Positions 42,936 through 57,560 of a stretch of DNA of 64,000 nucleotides are shown here, piece by piece (position 1 is the stretch's first letter; every line of letters starts with the position of its first letter). Origin of the DNA: Hydrolagus colliei (Eukaryota); contig CM068746.1 in the NCBI GenBank assembly GCA_035084275.1, forward strand, positions 34,038,001 to 34,102,000, read 5' to 3'. The position numbers and the translations under genes are program-made. Under the pieces are notes generated by a model that saw only the letters and a list, made by a program, of their open reading frames with translations, made no database searches and was not told the DNA's origin.

Positions 42936-44761
42936 AATTACATTTGTGTAGAGCCTTTCAAAGTCCTGGGATGTCTTCCAAAGATGGGGGAGAGATGGAG
43001 AATCAGAAATGAGAGAGAGCACACAAAGGACAGCACCAGTGACAATGTGACATTGCCCCCAGGAATGCACAAAAGCATCAGCCTGGACTGTGATCTTAAA
43101 GTCTCTGACCTAGGGCTGGTCCCCACAACCTTCTGACCCAGAACGATGGGGGCAAGCGACTGAGCCAGGCTGAGACCGAATTGTGGTGAATGAATTATGG
43201 ACGATAATAATTGGGTTATGCCGGCTTGATCAACTTCATCTTCCAAAGTCCTCGGGTGAGGTATTGAGAGCACCATGTGCATTGCGAGCAGACTTGTCTG
43301 TTTGTGCAGGGAGCAGACTGAGATTTGCAATTATCACGATCGAACCTAATGGTCCAGAATAAATCCATTTAAATTGATTCAATTGGTTCAGCAACTGGTT
43401 TGTAACACTTCACTCGTTTAATTATGGATAATATTTACTTTTCAACCTTTCTGTCCCACCCTCCGGAATTCCATCCCAGAATCCCTTCTCACCCCTTCTC
43501 TTATGTCTCAAGTCCTTGCTTTTTGATCACATCTTTGGTCATCTTCACACCCCCATTCCCCTCACTCTCCATCCCTCTTGACTCCAACCCAAACTCAGAT
43601 GCAAATCTTCACGGACAGGTGCTATATACATGTAATTTGTTATCTTCAAACCGAGGGGAGTGGGGGATTGAGGGGAGGTGGTGGTAGGGGCTGGGATGAT
43701 ACACACTCGGCTCTTGTTAATCTCCATAGAAAACTCTGACAATTGGCAAAGTGGGGGGGGGGGGGGGGGTGGGATTGAGAAGATTTTTTGCCAGATCATG
43801 ATATCAATACGAAGCTATGCAGTTTCAGCTGCTTGGGCTCCTGTAGTACCCCCAACACACACTGTGGAAACTCCTCTCAGCAATTAGGTAAACAGGGTAC
43901 ATCCCACCAGGGGGAGAGCGCACATTCAATTAAAGACATATATACATTTCAATATGCAGGTGGGATGCATGGAATACTCAGTTTGGCTTGGATACACTTA
44001 ATCATGGCAATGTAATGTAGAATGATTGTGTGTTTTGTGGGTAAACGGAGCAACTAATTTGCATGCAGCAACATCCAACAAAAAGCCATTAAGTGAGTGA
44101 CTGTTTTTTTAGAGGGGGGAATTATCCAGGGGTACATATGAAGAAATTCCTTTCTCTTTTTGACTAGTGTAGCTGAATCGTTAACATCTACCTGATAGGA
44201 CCTTGGTTTGACATCTAACCCAAGAACCGTCACCTCTGATAATGCAGATCTTTCCCTAGCATTGCACTCCAGTGTCAGCCCAGATTATATGACTGTCAAA
44301 GGCCTGACATAGGGTTTGAATATCGACAGATGGATTTGGAGGGGCAGCCCATTCTGTCCTCACTACCCTGAGCTCAGACCACAGCCCCCATCTAATTTAT
44401 TGATAGAATCTGACTGTCTGTTCTGTTTCCCAGACCAGATCGTCCTTTTGATCTGCTCCCAGAGAGACTAATTATAGTGTGTGGTTTTTTTTTTTGTGGG
44501 CTTGTTTTCACTGGGAATAGAGGGTGAAATAAGCTTCATGTTGAAATCTTCACAACCATAAATGACAGAGACATCTCATAAATAAGAATCACGATTCTTA
44601 TATATGATACAGCACCTTATCACGCTGTAACATCTCAGAGCACTTTACGGGACATACTGTTAAGGGCAGTGACTGTGTGTTTTGTAGGCAAATGTGGCAG
44701 CCAATGTCTTAATGTCCCACGTACAGCCATGAAATGAATGATTTTAATTAGGTACGGGAAC

Positions 44762-44800
44762 CGGGGTGTGGGGTGGGGGGGGGGGGGGGGGGCAGGGGGT
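44762..44800. repeat. Poly-G / G-run tract (G-quadruplex-capable); a similar run lies at 43753-43773
   Basis: ggggtgtggggtgggggggggggggggggggcaggggg. Confidence 0.8.
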
Positions 44801-47800
44801 GAGACTTGGCCAGGTTATGAGGAGAAACTTTGTCCACTTTTCAAATAGTGACATCTTTAATATCTAGCAGAACAGGCATAGATGTGACCTCTGGTTAATG
44901 TCTTATCTGCAACAATGCAGGACACCTACTGTACTCTATTTGACTGTCAAACTTGAGTTTCAAATCCCCTCAATGGACTTGGAGGGACCAAACTTCCCAC
45001 TTGGCTCCTGTTAACCTTGCAAGCCCTAATGGGTTGGGTGGTGTGAGTTAGTAAGCTATGGAAATCTTGCTAGATTGATAGTGTGCTCAATGGTAAGCTA
45101 AGCGTTTTTTAGTGGTAAAACTGCAGCAATTATCTAAACAATCGTTCTGAGATTCCCAAACCTTGGCTCTCGCTATCTTATGCTTATTTTTTTCTCCAGG
45201 GAGAGAGTGTCCATTGCATTTCAAAACACAGGGAAATTTCCAGATGCAGATGGTGTACTTATGTGGAACTCAGATTTGGAGACTATTGAGCTTGGGGATG
45301 GGTTTCAGATACCTGGCTGACAAACAAAAATCTCACAACCACGTCATTTAGAGGTCACAATGCTACAGACCAACCCTGAGCAAGGCTGAGGGTAAGAGAT
45401 GATTAGGAAGATTAAAATTTCAGAAGATTGAAATTGTGAACAAAATGCGGCCAAGTGTGCTGAGGTTAATCAAATTCTCATATAAAGATATATGAGCCAT
45501 AATTTGAGCCTAAGGATTTAAAGATTGAAATTATTAGTACCATTAAGAATCAGTGTCATTCTCAGTCGCCCCAAAATGATGATATTGATCTGGTTTTATG
45601 TGTTCCTGGTATTGATCTGATATTGTATATTCTTAAAATACCCAGCACTTCTTGGTATAGTTTTTTCTTTGTCCTCATAAAGTGATTTGAAAGTGATCTT
45701 GGAGGTTCAGCAAGTCTTTGCAGTAGCACTCAGTCACGTAGATATCAGTAGCATTCTCACTTCAAGTCAGAAGGTTGTGGAATCTAAGCTGATGCTAAAT
45801 ACAGAGCTGTGGGGAGCACTCATTGATTCCGTGGGACCATCTTTTGGATAAGAGGTCAAACCGAGCCACTGTCTGTGTCTGTTGGATTTTAAAGATTTCA
45901 ACACACAATTAGGAAAGGGAAGGGGGTTTTTCCCAGGTAAATCCCCCAGGTAAAATTGATTTTTCATGGCTGTTTGTGGAATATTTCTGTTGAGCTCCCT
46001 GTGACTCGTGAAGGGAGCTGTATAATGCAAATTATTGATGTTGTTATTACTGTGCATAAATTGGCTGACTCAAACATCACAAAATACACAGTCACTTCAC
46101 TTCACAGGATATCATATGAAGTGCTTTGAAACATCCTCCTGACATGAATGACTGATTATGTCTGGGGGATTGTCAGCCAGGACACTGGGAGAGAAATTCA
46201 CCTATTCTTTTCAAATTGTGCAGCCTGATTTTTAACATCCACCTGATTTAGGCAAAGATGGGACCTTAGTTTAATTTCTCATCTGAAGAACAGCACCACA
46301 GCACAGACTGGGAGTATAAAGGCCCAATGGGTGGGTTAGAACTCAAAACTTTCTGTCTCAGAGGCTAGAGTGCTACCGACTGTGGCAGGCTGACAACTAT
46401 GAAATAAAGCATTGAAAGCCCACTGCACAGCCTGATTAAATATTTACATCAGTCAGTCCATTGAAATGGGCTGCGGGAACATATGATCAGTGAAGCAGAG
46501 ACTTTTTTTTCAATAGAGACAAGGTTGTTATTGTCTTCATTTGCCATTATTTACTGACAACTCATCTTGACCCTGTGTTGGACAGGACTGATTCAATTTG
46601 ACTGATTCTCATATTTGTCTGAAAACAAAGCATTGGTGTCAGCCTGGATCAGCGCTCTTGCATCAGAGTTAGAGGTTTATGGGTTCAAGCCCCAAGCCTG
46701 GACTTTCAACCCACAGTCCAGGCTGATGCTTCAGTGCATTGCTGTTGGCAAATTGGCTGCCACAAAAATACACAGTCACTACACTTTGCAGTAACATCCA
46801 GTGAGGTGCTTTGAGACAGCCTCCCGCTAAATTTACAAAGGTTTACATAGACAATGATGTCCCTCGAACCCGTGAAGGATTGTGTCAAATGCAAGAATAA
46901 TTATTGTTTTTATGGGAGAAGTGTACAGGTTGTCTTCTTCAGTCTTCTTGAGCTTTTTTCCTCAAGAGCGTCTGTGCCCTTTGCAATCTGAAAACTGGCA
47001 AACGTATAAAACCCATTGAACTTGCCGAGCAGTTTAGTGGGAAGCCAGATTTACTGGGGCAGTCCCTGTACAAGCCTCTCATTCCAAAGACTTGCTGAGC
47101 ATTGCTCTCCCTAAATCATGAGTTAAAGGGGGGAACGGGGTCTTCCATTCATCACAAGCAGAGCTTGGACTCTCTTTCAATCCTTTATCAAAGATATGAT
47201 TGCAGGGAAACAGGCCATTTGGCCCAACTAGTCTATGCCAGTGCTTATGCAACACACAAACCTCCACCCCTCCCATTCCCCTCTCTTATACCCATCTATT
47301 CCAATCCCTATTCCCCTCTCCTACTACACCCAAATGTTTCTCTCTCCTATACCCTTCTATGAACAACCATGAAGTGAATTTTCCCTAAGGGATTGTTGGC
47401 CAGGACACCAGTTTGCTGTTTTTGTTGTTGTATATAGTGTAATGCAACCCCCAGCACAGCACTGCAATAAAACTCTTGTCTCAAGCATTCATTGTTTGAG
47501 AAAAATTAGATATTAAAAGTTCATGACTGAACATTATTATTTAATGTCCTTTATAGCTGAATCCTGGTTTCAGAGAGATACCAGATGGCTCCATTATTCT
47601 GCAATATATTTGTGTTGGATTTGGGTCTTGCAGCATAAAACACTGCTTCTGTGCAGATTGAATAATAATCCAATTCTAGCGTGATTTAAAGGTCACTCTC
47701 GGCTCTCATCATTTGTGTGAAGGATCAGTGTGCTTGCTCCCAGGCTCGCACTCATCTGTGATTGTCTCTGTGATCCCTTTGCTTACTGTTAACTGGCTGG

Positions 47801-48289
47801 TCACATCTGCAATGCTCCTGGTGAGACACAGATATTCTAGGTGAGCATCTTAAAATTGATGCCTCCTGCGATAGGGAGCCAATGGAGCCTTGGAACTACT
47901 GGGTTGAAAGAAGCGCGGAGTTTAGTATGAGTGAGGATATGGGCAATGGATTTTCAAATTAATTTGGGGGGATTCTTGGCCAAGAACCTATTTTGTTTTT
48001 GAGCAGCACTAAGGGATCTTTAGCATCCACCTGAAGTGGTGCAGACGAGATCTCAGACTAACGTTTCCTCCAAGGAACAGAGCTAACAATGCATCACGCC
48101 CCAGAATTGCACTGAAGCCTAAACTTGTAGGTTTAAAATCCCAATGTGGGACCTTGAACCCGACAACCATCTGACTCAGAGGCGAGAGTGTGATCGACTG
48201 AGCCAGGCTCGCTCTTTTACAGCATGTTTGATGGATGTGGTGGTTCACTTGTTCATGTGGCAAAACTAGTGCCAGAGCCAGAAAATTGG

Positions 48290-48650
48290 GTTCTTGCCAA
48301 GAGTCGCATTGGATAGAGAGCAGTGTTCATTTACAGGGATGTTCCCAGGAATGAGTGGATTCAGTTATCAAGAAAGATTGGCCAGATTGGAACTTTCCTT
48401 TCTAGATTGAGAATTGATCGATCAAGGATTTAAAGAATTTAATAAAGTGGATGTTAATAGGCTTTTTCCACTTGTTGGTGAGTCCATAACTAGGGGGCAT
48501 AAACATAAGATAGTGAATAACAGATCTAATAGGGAGTTTAAAGGGAATTTCTTCACACAGAGAGTGTGACACTCCTCGCCGGAAGCTGTGGTTGAAGCAA
48601 AAAGCTTCAATGTATTTAAGAGAAAACAGACAGGAGTGAGAGCAGCAGAA
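48290..48650 (+). mobile_element. CR1 ORF2 3' fragment
   Basis: tttccacttgttggtgagtccataactagggggcataaa..aatttcttcacacagagagtgtg. Confidence 0.8.
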
Positions 48651-49864
48651 TAGGCTGAATCAGCAGGAATATGGGAACATAGGAAGAAAATATTTGCAGC
48701 TACTCAGAAAGAACTAGAGAGGAAGAGAATGTTCATATTGGCTGTTGGCACTATGGGTGAACAGAAATTACAAAAACATTCACAGCCTACTTAGAAAACC
48801 AAAATTACAATGTCAGAGGATGTAGGGAACACGGAGTTCGAGTAATTCTAGCTTTGCATCAAGGTTTACTCCATTCTCAGTCCTTTGCTCATCCTTAAAA
48901 GATTTACGAAGCTTGTTTTGAGGAAAAAACTATACTTTACAATATATTCTACTTTACAGTATATTCTGTGAAGCGCTTTGGAGACATCCAGAAAATGTGA
49001 AAAGCACTACATCAAATGCAAGGATTATTAATATTATTATTATTAAAAGTAAAGTTTTGTTCCATGTAGAGAGGCTTCCTACTAAAATCAGAGTCTTTAT
49101 TTTTGGGGAAAACAGCAGTGAGCTAAAATCATCCCACTAAGTGGTTCAGGGCTCCTGTTATATCCATAAACTGAAACACTGGTTTATTTGAAATGGGTTC
49201 TAACTGTAAAATAATAAATTGTTCACTCAATCCACGACTGTTTGTGAGACACTGCTCTGCGCAATTGGCTGCCATGTTTCGCCCACAAAATATGCGTTGG
49301 TTCACTTTACAGTACATTCTGTGAAGCGTTTTGAGGCATGTGATAAGATGCTATATCAAATGTAAAGTTTATTTATTATCATTTATTTATGTAGCAGAGG
49401 GAATAGTGGGGTATAGAAGGATAATAGAGGAGTGATAAATAGGAGAGGAAAATAAGGGGATGTAGGGGAGGGGACGAGGAGGAGTGGGGGCTAATTGGGC
49501 TGATCAGCCTTTCTCTGTGCCAGATTATTTTCTTACTATTAATTACTTATTATTATCAAGGTAAGCCCTTGAGTGGATGATATGAAAATGGTATGGTTTG
49601 GTAGGGGGCTGTTTAGGTGTGGAGTTGACTGGGTTTTAGATCATCAGTGCAACTTGTTTTGATCTGTGCCTGAATGAAGTGGAACTTTGAGTCCCTGTGC
49701 TGGTTGGCTTTAAAATCTAACCATCAAACCTCACTCTTTAACGAACCCTCTTCAAAACTAAAATGGATTCTCTCCTGACAACTGCACCTGACGTAATTTC
49801 CTCACTAAGTAGTAGTGAGGGCACCGAGGGGGGTGGAGGGCTGGGGCGAGGCGGAGGAAGTAGT

Positions 49865-50295
49865 GCTAGCCTGGCTCAGTGGGCAACACTCTCATCTTTG
49901 AATCCCAAGATTTGGAGTTCAAACCTCACATCAGGGCTTTGAGTTCATTCAGTCTAGGCTGACACTCCAATGCAGTGCTGGGGGAGTGCTGCATTGCCAG
50001 AGAATGGTGGGCATTAAAGATCCTACGGCGAAAAAAGAAGGAACTTTCTCTTGGATCTTAGCCGACAATCCCCCAGATAAAATTAATCATTCACTTTATG
50101 GTCGTCTGTGGGACAATGCTATGTACAAATTGGCTGCTGCTTTTGCCTACAAAATACACAGTTCCCTTTTATGTTCACCTACACTCATAGAACACCTCAC
50201 TACATTTCACAGTGAATCATGTGGAGCGCTTTGAGGCGTTTTTCTGTCACGAAAGGTGCTGCATCAAATGCAAGGATTACTGCAGTGTTATTACA
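49865..50295 (+). mobile_element. Family A SINE
   Basis: gcctggctcagtgggcaacactctc..gttcaaacc; tail gaaaggtgctgcatcaaatgcaaggatt. Confidence 0.8.
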
Positions 50296-52369
50296 GTATT
50301 AGGATTGCTTTTGCCTTGTAATATTTCTGTTAAGGTTTTCATTCTGGTAATGTAAATCGATAAATAGCTAAGTGGAGAGGAGGTCTGCACTCGGTGGCTG
50401 TTTTCAAACAGCTTAATGGCTGCGATAAAAGCTAATTGCGCAGCTCTGCTGCATATCAACAGTTTCCCTCGGGAAAGAACCTATTGGACATTTGAGAGAT
50501 GAATGTTTTGTCTTTTCTCGCTATGTGTAACTTAGTTTTTTTAATTTTGAGTTGAGTGAAAATATTTAAATTTTCCAAACTCTGCCCTATTTTAATTGAA
50601 TCACCTTTATTTCTATGTTCATTTTATTATAATAATAATACAGGGTCTAATAATTCCTGTCAGGAGGACATCTCAAAACATGGATTTTATAATAATAGAA
50701 ATAATAATAATCCTTGCATTTGATATAGTACTTTTCACGTCTTCTAGACATCTCAAAGTGCTTCACACATTGTACACTAAAGTGAATTAACTATATATTT
50801 GTGGGCAAAATGCGGCAGGCAATTGCACACAGCAGTGTCTCACAAACAGTTGAGGATTGAAATGACCAATTGCTTTTATTGCTTTTTTTGAGGGATTATT
50901 ATTAGGCGTGTGTGTGGAGCAAGGAAACTTGTCCAAGGTTTCACCCTGCCACGCTTGTAAGGCGAGTGCTCTCACCACTGAGCTACAGCCAAATATACAG
51001 CTTTACACAAGCAACATCTGACAAACAGATGTGTGGTGAATCACCAAATTTTGTCCAGATTGTTGGCCAAGACACTGGAATAAAACTACCTTCTCATTTT
51101 CCATAATGCCACTGGATCTTTCACGTCCACCTGAACAGGAACAGGCTAGACTTCAGTTGAACGTCTCAACCAAAGACCGGCAGTTCTGACAATACAGCTC
51201 TTCCCCACCACTGCAGTCTAGAGCAACAGCCTGGATTGTCAGCTGAAGATCCTGATATGTGATTTGGACCCACAACCTTCTGGTTCAGAGGCAAGAGTGC
51301 TAGAGATTGAGCCAGGCTTACGGGAAACCTGTCAGTGGAAAGCTTGCCAGATAGAACTCTGAATGGCAAGCTGTGCGTCTTGATTATACTCCAGCACACC
51401 CCAGTCTTGATACCTTGGCTCTACCAACCTGTACACAATTGTCTCTGTCATTGAATAAGCAGGGTACATCCTTTCAGGGAGGGAGGTATCTCAGGAGACG
51501 CCAGAACCATGCAGAGAAGTGTTCTCGTCCCCAGGTTTGCAGTCGCTCACATCTCAAAACCCCACCTCTCTCATATACACACCTATATAAATGCTGTGGG
51601 TAAAATGCAGCAGCCAATTGCACACAACAGTGTCCCACAAACATTTTTGTCCCACAAACAATCGTGGATTGGATATAAATGCAATCTGTCGTTGTTATTT
51701 TAGAGTGCTACTGACAAAACAAGACTGAGTCTAGATTATTGATTATAGTCATCTGGGTTGAAGAACACCATCTATTCAGTGTGTGTAAAAATATAGATGA
51801 AAGATTTTTCACATTAAGGCTCAGCAGAAGATTGGTATTGGTTTAGTGGTTTGCATTCTGGACACAGCACATTCAAGTCAGGAGCAGATTAATGGCTTCT
51901 CTTCTCACATTTACAAATGCTAACCTGTTAATTCTTCATTTAAATGGATTGTGTTTCACTTCTCATTATTCTCTGCTCAGCCAGGATGCATCCTCTCAGC
52001 TCAAACTCTCTCAAGCTGTCCTTTTATAAACACTATCCTGTTTCACCAGTCCTCATTTTTCCATCTTCTGTCAGAGACAGTCTAAGTGATTCAGATACGA
52101 GAATTCTCGCATCTGAGTCAGACAGTTTGGGCTTCAAGCCCCATGATGAGTCTTTGAGCTCATAGTCTTAACTGATGACCAGCATAATGCTGGGGGGAGC
52201 ACTGCATTGTCGGAGGTACCAATCTTCAGATGTGGCATTAAACTGAGCTAACATCTGAGCCTGTTCAATTGGAGGTTAAAGATTCCATGGTGCTATATGA
52301 AAAGAAAACTGTCCCGTGGATAGAATTTGTCATTCATTTCATTTCACTACTGCCCCTTCCTTTCGCTAA

Positions 52370-52660
52370 GCGGCCTCCGGCCTGCTTCACGACCCCCGAC
52401 CCACCAGCCCCACCATCAGCGGATGAGCCTTCAGCCACTCTGCCCCCAACCTTTGGAATTCCATCCAGCAATCCCTCCTCCCCACCCACTCCCTAGTCTC
52501 CTTCAAGTTCCACCTCAAAACCCTCCTCTTTGACCATGCACTTCCCTCCACACTCCCCAATCCTGACCTAAGCTCGGGCTGAAACACTGACTGTCCAGCG
52601 CCTTGGGACGTCTTCTCAATGTGAAAGGCGCAATACAAATGTAATTTTGTTGTTGTTTAT
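52370..52660 (+). mobile_element. L2 3' fragment
   Basis: gagccttcagccactctgcccccaacctttggaattcc..; tail ccttgggacgtcttctcaatgtgaaaggcgc..(ttg)n. Confidence 0.8.
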
Positions 52661-53199
52661 GGATCACTGGTGTTTGCAAGTTGGCTGTGGTGTTCACCTA
52701 CAAACTACAAAATCATAACCTGCGGGTATGTTATCACTCAAATTGATTAGCAACCTTTGGATGAGTCATTCAAATAAAGTCCCATATGTGCCCGTCCAAG
52801 TGGACATTAAAGATCCTATGGCACTTTGAAAAAGAGAAAGGATTTCTCCTTGTGTCCTGGCAAACACTTGGGCAGTGTTTGTGGACACTGGATCCTTTGC
52901 CTACAAACGGACAGTCAACGACAAAATATTTTTTGTAAAGTTCTTTGAGACAATGATAGGCAATACCAAATGCAAGGATTATTATTTTATTACGGGTTAT
53001 TTTTCGCATTGGGGCTGGTGGGGAGGGGAAGGGGGAGGGTGGCGGGGGCTGGGTTTAAAATGTATTAATTGAGATGAATTTGAATGTCACTGAGTGAATA
53101 GATCTGTATTTTTGCTGATTAAAAGGAACCAGATACGAAGTTGGTTTATCTTTAGGCGGAAGGAAATGAACTGCTGAACCAAAAAATAAATAAATAAGT

Positions 53200-53850
53200 A
53201 AATCATCATGTCCTGAGATCAGTCGATGTGAGAAAATAGGGCATTCAACCCATCTAGTCTGCATTCCTTGATACTCCATAGCAGCCTCCAATCCTTTCTC
53301 CAAGATCCCTTGATTCCCCTCTATTTTCCCCTCCTCGAGCCCTCCCTAGCGTCCTTCATCCTACCTCAAGTCCCTCCTCTTCTTGCCTCTATTCCCTTCT
53401 CCCAAACCCCTCTGTTCTCTTATATCCACCCCTTCCACATTTCTGCATGAAGTTTCCTTTTCAATACTGTGATGCTTTTTGCTTCAATCACAACTGCCAG
53501 CAGTGAGTGCCACACTCTCACACACTCTGTGTCAAGAAGTTACTCCTGAACTACACATTAGTTACTGACTCATTTATATTTATACCCTCTAGTTATGAAC
53601 TCAAAAATAAGTGGAAACAACCTATGAACATCCATCTCATCAAATCCTTTCATAATCTTAAACCCTTCAATCCGGTTGTCTCTTAATCATCTCAACTCCA
53701 GAAAGAAAAGCTACGACCTAACCAGTCTTTCCTGATAGCTGGATCCCCTTATCCCTGGGAACAATAAATCTACACTATCCTCTCTCCAATGCTACAATCT
53801 TCTTCCTGTAGAATAATGACCAGCATTGATTGTGACGCATCATAAGTGTG
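53200..53850 (-). mobile_element. CR1 ORF2 3' fragment
   Basis: Reverse complement of the motifs at 48290-48650 (ataccctctagttatgaactc, gtcaagaagttactc). Confidence 0.75.
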
Positions 53851-54534
53851 TTTTATATCTCCAGGCAAGGAAGTGTATTGGTGCAACACACAATGTGAGC
53901 AGTAGATCCAGATTAGCTGCTGTGTTGCTGATGGTTTATTTTTTGCAGTGCTGACAGCAGCGATGAGCATTATTCATGCGTCCGGAAAAGCATTCATGAT
54001 GGTAATATTAATACATTCGAAATTTGAGCCCTCACAGAAAATTTGAAATAATAATCTTTGTGTTTGTTATAGAACCTTTCATATTAAAGTGCTTTTCAAG
54101 AAATACTGTTAAGTTTTGTGACTGTGGATTTTGTGGGTGAACACAACAGTCAATTTGAGCACAGTTATGTCCCCAAGGGAGGAACAGAGGATAGATATGC
54201 TCGGTGGAAAGTGTCCAGTTTGAGAAGAGCAGCCTCATTTGTTCAGAATACGATCCAGCAAAGGTCATTTCAAGAGCAAAAGAAATGAGAAGCGAGATAT
54301 TGAAATACTCATTCGACGAACTTTGAAAGGGAAGCCTTTTAAGCTCATCATAAAAAGCAGGATGATCACTTGACGGTCTGGTTGTGTTTATGTAAATGGT
54401 TGTTTGAAGCAAATTTGACAAAGCAAACCCATTTCTTGCGGTTTAATTTCACAGCTGTTACTGAGAGATTGAATTTCCTGGGGTTCTGGCTGGCAAACCC
54501 CCAAGGTGAATTGATCATTTATTAAAACTAATAT

Positions 54535-55010
54535 TACAGGTATTAATAATCCTTGCACTTGTTATGGTGCTTTCGTGTTGGGAAGGTACACCGTTACAAG
54601 ATTTGCTGTAAAGTGTAGTGAAAGCATATTTATAAGCAAAGGCATTAGCCAATTGGTGCACATCGACGCCACACAAATAGCCATGAAGTGAAGGAATGAT
54701 TTTAATTCCCTCTCTTTACGAGTATTGTCAAAGGATATTTAACGTTTAGCTGAACAGGTAACAATGACAACAGCTTACATTTATAAAACACCCTTCATGG
54801 AGTGGGGGAGGGGTAGCATCTCAGAGTGCTTCAGGACAGTTAGGATCTCAGTTTAATGTTTTATCCGAAGGACAGAGCCTCCGAAAATTCAGCGCTCTCC
54901 CAGCATCTCAAGCATCAGCGTGGATACTAAGCTCAAAGTCCCTGATGTGGGACTTAAACCCACAACCTTGTGACTCTGTGGTGAGAGTGCAAGACACTGA
55001 GCCAGTCTGA
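54535..55010 (-). mobile_element. Family A SINE with a nested short L2-like tail
   Basis: cccacaaccttgtgactctgtggtgagagtgcaagacactgagccagtctgaca head (reversed). Confidence 0.7.
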
Positions 55011-56051
55011 CACCAATGTAGGTATATACAGCACCAGAAAAGGCCTGCTGTGAGCCAAGTGGCTAGATCCAAGATACAAATATGGTGTCGCATTGATCTG
55101 CAAAACACAATCGCTGCACTCGACAATATATTCTAGAAGTGCTTTAAAAAATCCTTTCTTTGTGAGTAGCATAAAATGAAATGCAAATATTATTATTATG
55201 TGATGCAAGTGTTGACTTCCTGACGTATTGTTGAGAGTTGTTGTTAGCCTCTTGGCTTGGGTGGTTAGCTCTTGTAGATGTGAGTGAGGTCAATCAGCAT
55301 CTGAGAAGACGCTGCCATCAATGGGTCACAAGGACTGAAGCTGCAAAGTCTCAGACCCTGGGTGGACAGACGGTTGTGAACATTAAAGGAATGAAAGAAA
55401 TCAAGGGAGAAAGATGCTGGTAAGATTGGCAGACTTGCAGCTAACAATGTTCACTTGTGGTTAAATTTTCATATAAATCACTTTTTATGCTTGGGGTGTG
55501 CCATTGAATGTTAGCAAGCAACAGCTACCAAGCAGAAAGGTGCTCAGCTGTCCTCGTACAAACAATTTCACTGTATTTAAAAACCGGCAAGAATACAAAC
55601 AGCTGTAAAGTAGATGACCAGTTTTACCTGGGGGATTGTCAGCCAAGACACTAGTAGAGAGAAACTCCTTTCTCTTTTCCAACAGTGCTGTGGGGTCTTT
55701 AACATCCAGCTGAACAGGCACAGGTGAAACTTCAGTTTAATGTCTCAAATAAAAACATTAACTACTTTGGTTGCAGGGTTAATAACAAAATGACACTTGC
55801 GTCGCACCTTTCCCATCAGGAGGACAGCCCAAGGCACTGACAGGAACCAAATGGGAAGAATTTTTTCTCCCAAAGACTGCCCTGTATCTCACTGCCTTGC
55901 TGACAGGTGGGCGGGCAACAGCAGTGCCCTGGAGCATTAAGCATTAACCTGGTTGAGAAATGAAACCACTATAGTAGATTGACTTGATTCCTTTGCCAAG
56001 CGCATCACCTTAGAGCTAGCTTATTCAATAAGATAGCCAGTTGCCACTTGA

Positions 56052-56121
56052 TACAAAAACAGAAATCACTGGCAACACTCAGCAGGTCAGGCGGCATCTA
56101 TGGAGAAAGGAAAAGTGAGTC
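56052..56121 (-). mobile_element. Penelope-like pseudo-LTR fragment
   Basis: caaaaacagaaatcactggcaacactcagcaggtcaggcggcatctatggagaaaggaaaagtgagtc matches 35641-35706. Confidence 0.7.
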
Positions 56122-57064
56122 CCAGGACTTCTTCTGTAGATTGTGACTGAGCTGAGCTCAGATACTCCCATCTGCATGGTTGCAATAAAAATAATAATAA
56201 TGATGAAATAAGTAATCTTGGACATCTTATTAATTGAATGAACACCTTCTACAACAGCCAGTGTGATCTTGAAGGGTCAAATGGCCTCCTTCTGTGCTGC
56301 GCATTTGTATAATACATTAAAACTCACATCATTCTTATCTCTATAAATTGTGTAAACGTGTAAGTCATACATTCACCCGAGTCCTGTACAGTTTCCTATC
56401 AAAGCCACTTAGCACTTGTCCTTCTTACCAGCTACCTTGAATTGCGAGAAATAATATCCTGACCAGTCAACGCATGTGTAATTACCAGACGGTTGCATTG
56501 AATGGTGGGAAACATAGACTTAATCCGTCAAACATACGTAGAGATGAACTTCCATCAATTCAATGCGATTTCAATGCACATGGAGTGATGGGTTAAGATG
56601 CACTGAATTACAGGTAATGCATTCTTGACCGACATCACACGCTTCACCTACCCCAGTGACGAAGTGCTGAATGTGCACTTTCCAGCTGCGTAAACTTACC
56701 TCGTGCGCAGTGTAGATTATTCATTAAATAGGGTTTTCCACGATTAATACAATTTGCCTGCAACTTGGACTTAACGTAAGTCATATGAAATTTTATGGTT
56801 CACAAGGGAACATAATGGCTACAGCTGTCCATGTAATCTGGGAACACTAGATATTGAGTGCAAAACAATCCACCGTGACCATTTCTCTCCTCTGTGTTCT
56901 ATTCTTTCTGTCATCACAAGACATTTCTCCTGTGCAAATTCTGGTATGTCAGATACTTTCTTAGACATGACACCCACCCACCCCCCTACCCCCACACCCA
57001 CCACCCTGATGCATGATGATCGAATAATTTACAATGACTTACAAATAATTTACAAAGATTTACA

Positions 57065-57560
57065 AAGAATGTAGAACACAGAAACATGCCACTCAGCCCA
57101 ACCAGTCTGTGCCGGTGCTTTTTCCACACAAGGCTCAACTTATTCCTTACTCCCTCCCATACCTGTCTCGTCCTCTCTCTCTCATGTGATGGTCTAGGTT
57201 CCTCTTGAATGCATTGACACTACCGATTCAACCATCGTTTCAGGCATGGAGTCCCACAATCTCACTGCCCTCTATGTGAAGTAATTCCTCCTAAATACTT
57301 TTTTTTAGATCCCCTAGACACTATCATATACTTGTGTGCTTGCTTACGAACTCATCAGGCAGAAGTAACAGCCTATTTATACTTGCCTTGTCAAAATTTA
57401 TAGCTTTAAACACTTCTATTGGGAAAGAGGGAGAATTTTCTTCTCTAACGTAAAAAGGCCAAACTAAGCTTATCTCTCCCGATAGCAGTAATCTGTCAGA
57501 TCCTCATCTCACTTGGTAAACCTATGCTGTATTCTTTTTATCACTTCTTGTTGTGTTAAA
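57065..57560 (-). mobile_element. CR1 ORF2 3' fragment
   Basis: gaacacagaaacatgccactcagcccaaccagtctgtgccggtg; cccacaatctcactgccctctatgtgaagtaattcctcctaa (reverse of the 8070/9000 junction sequence). Confidence 0.8.

Noticed and set aside
43903-43920. CTCF-like CCACCAGGGGGAG
   Set aside because: It lies in a decayed piece of the interspersed repeat (cf. 23955, 51460, 58905), whose other copies lack the motif; too weak to call
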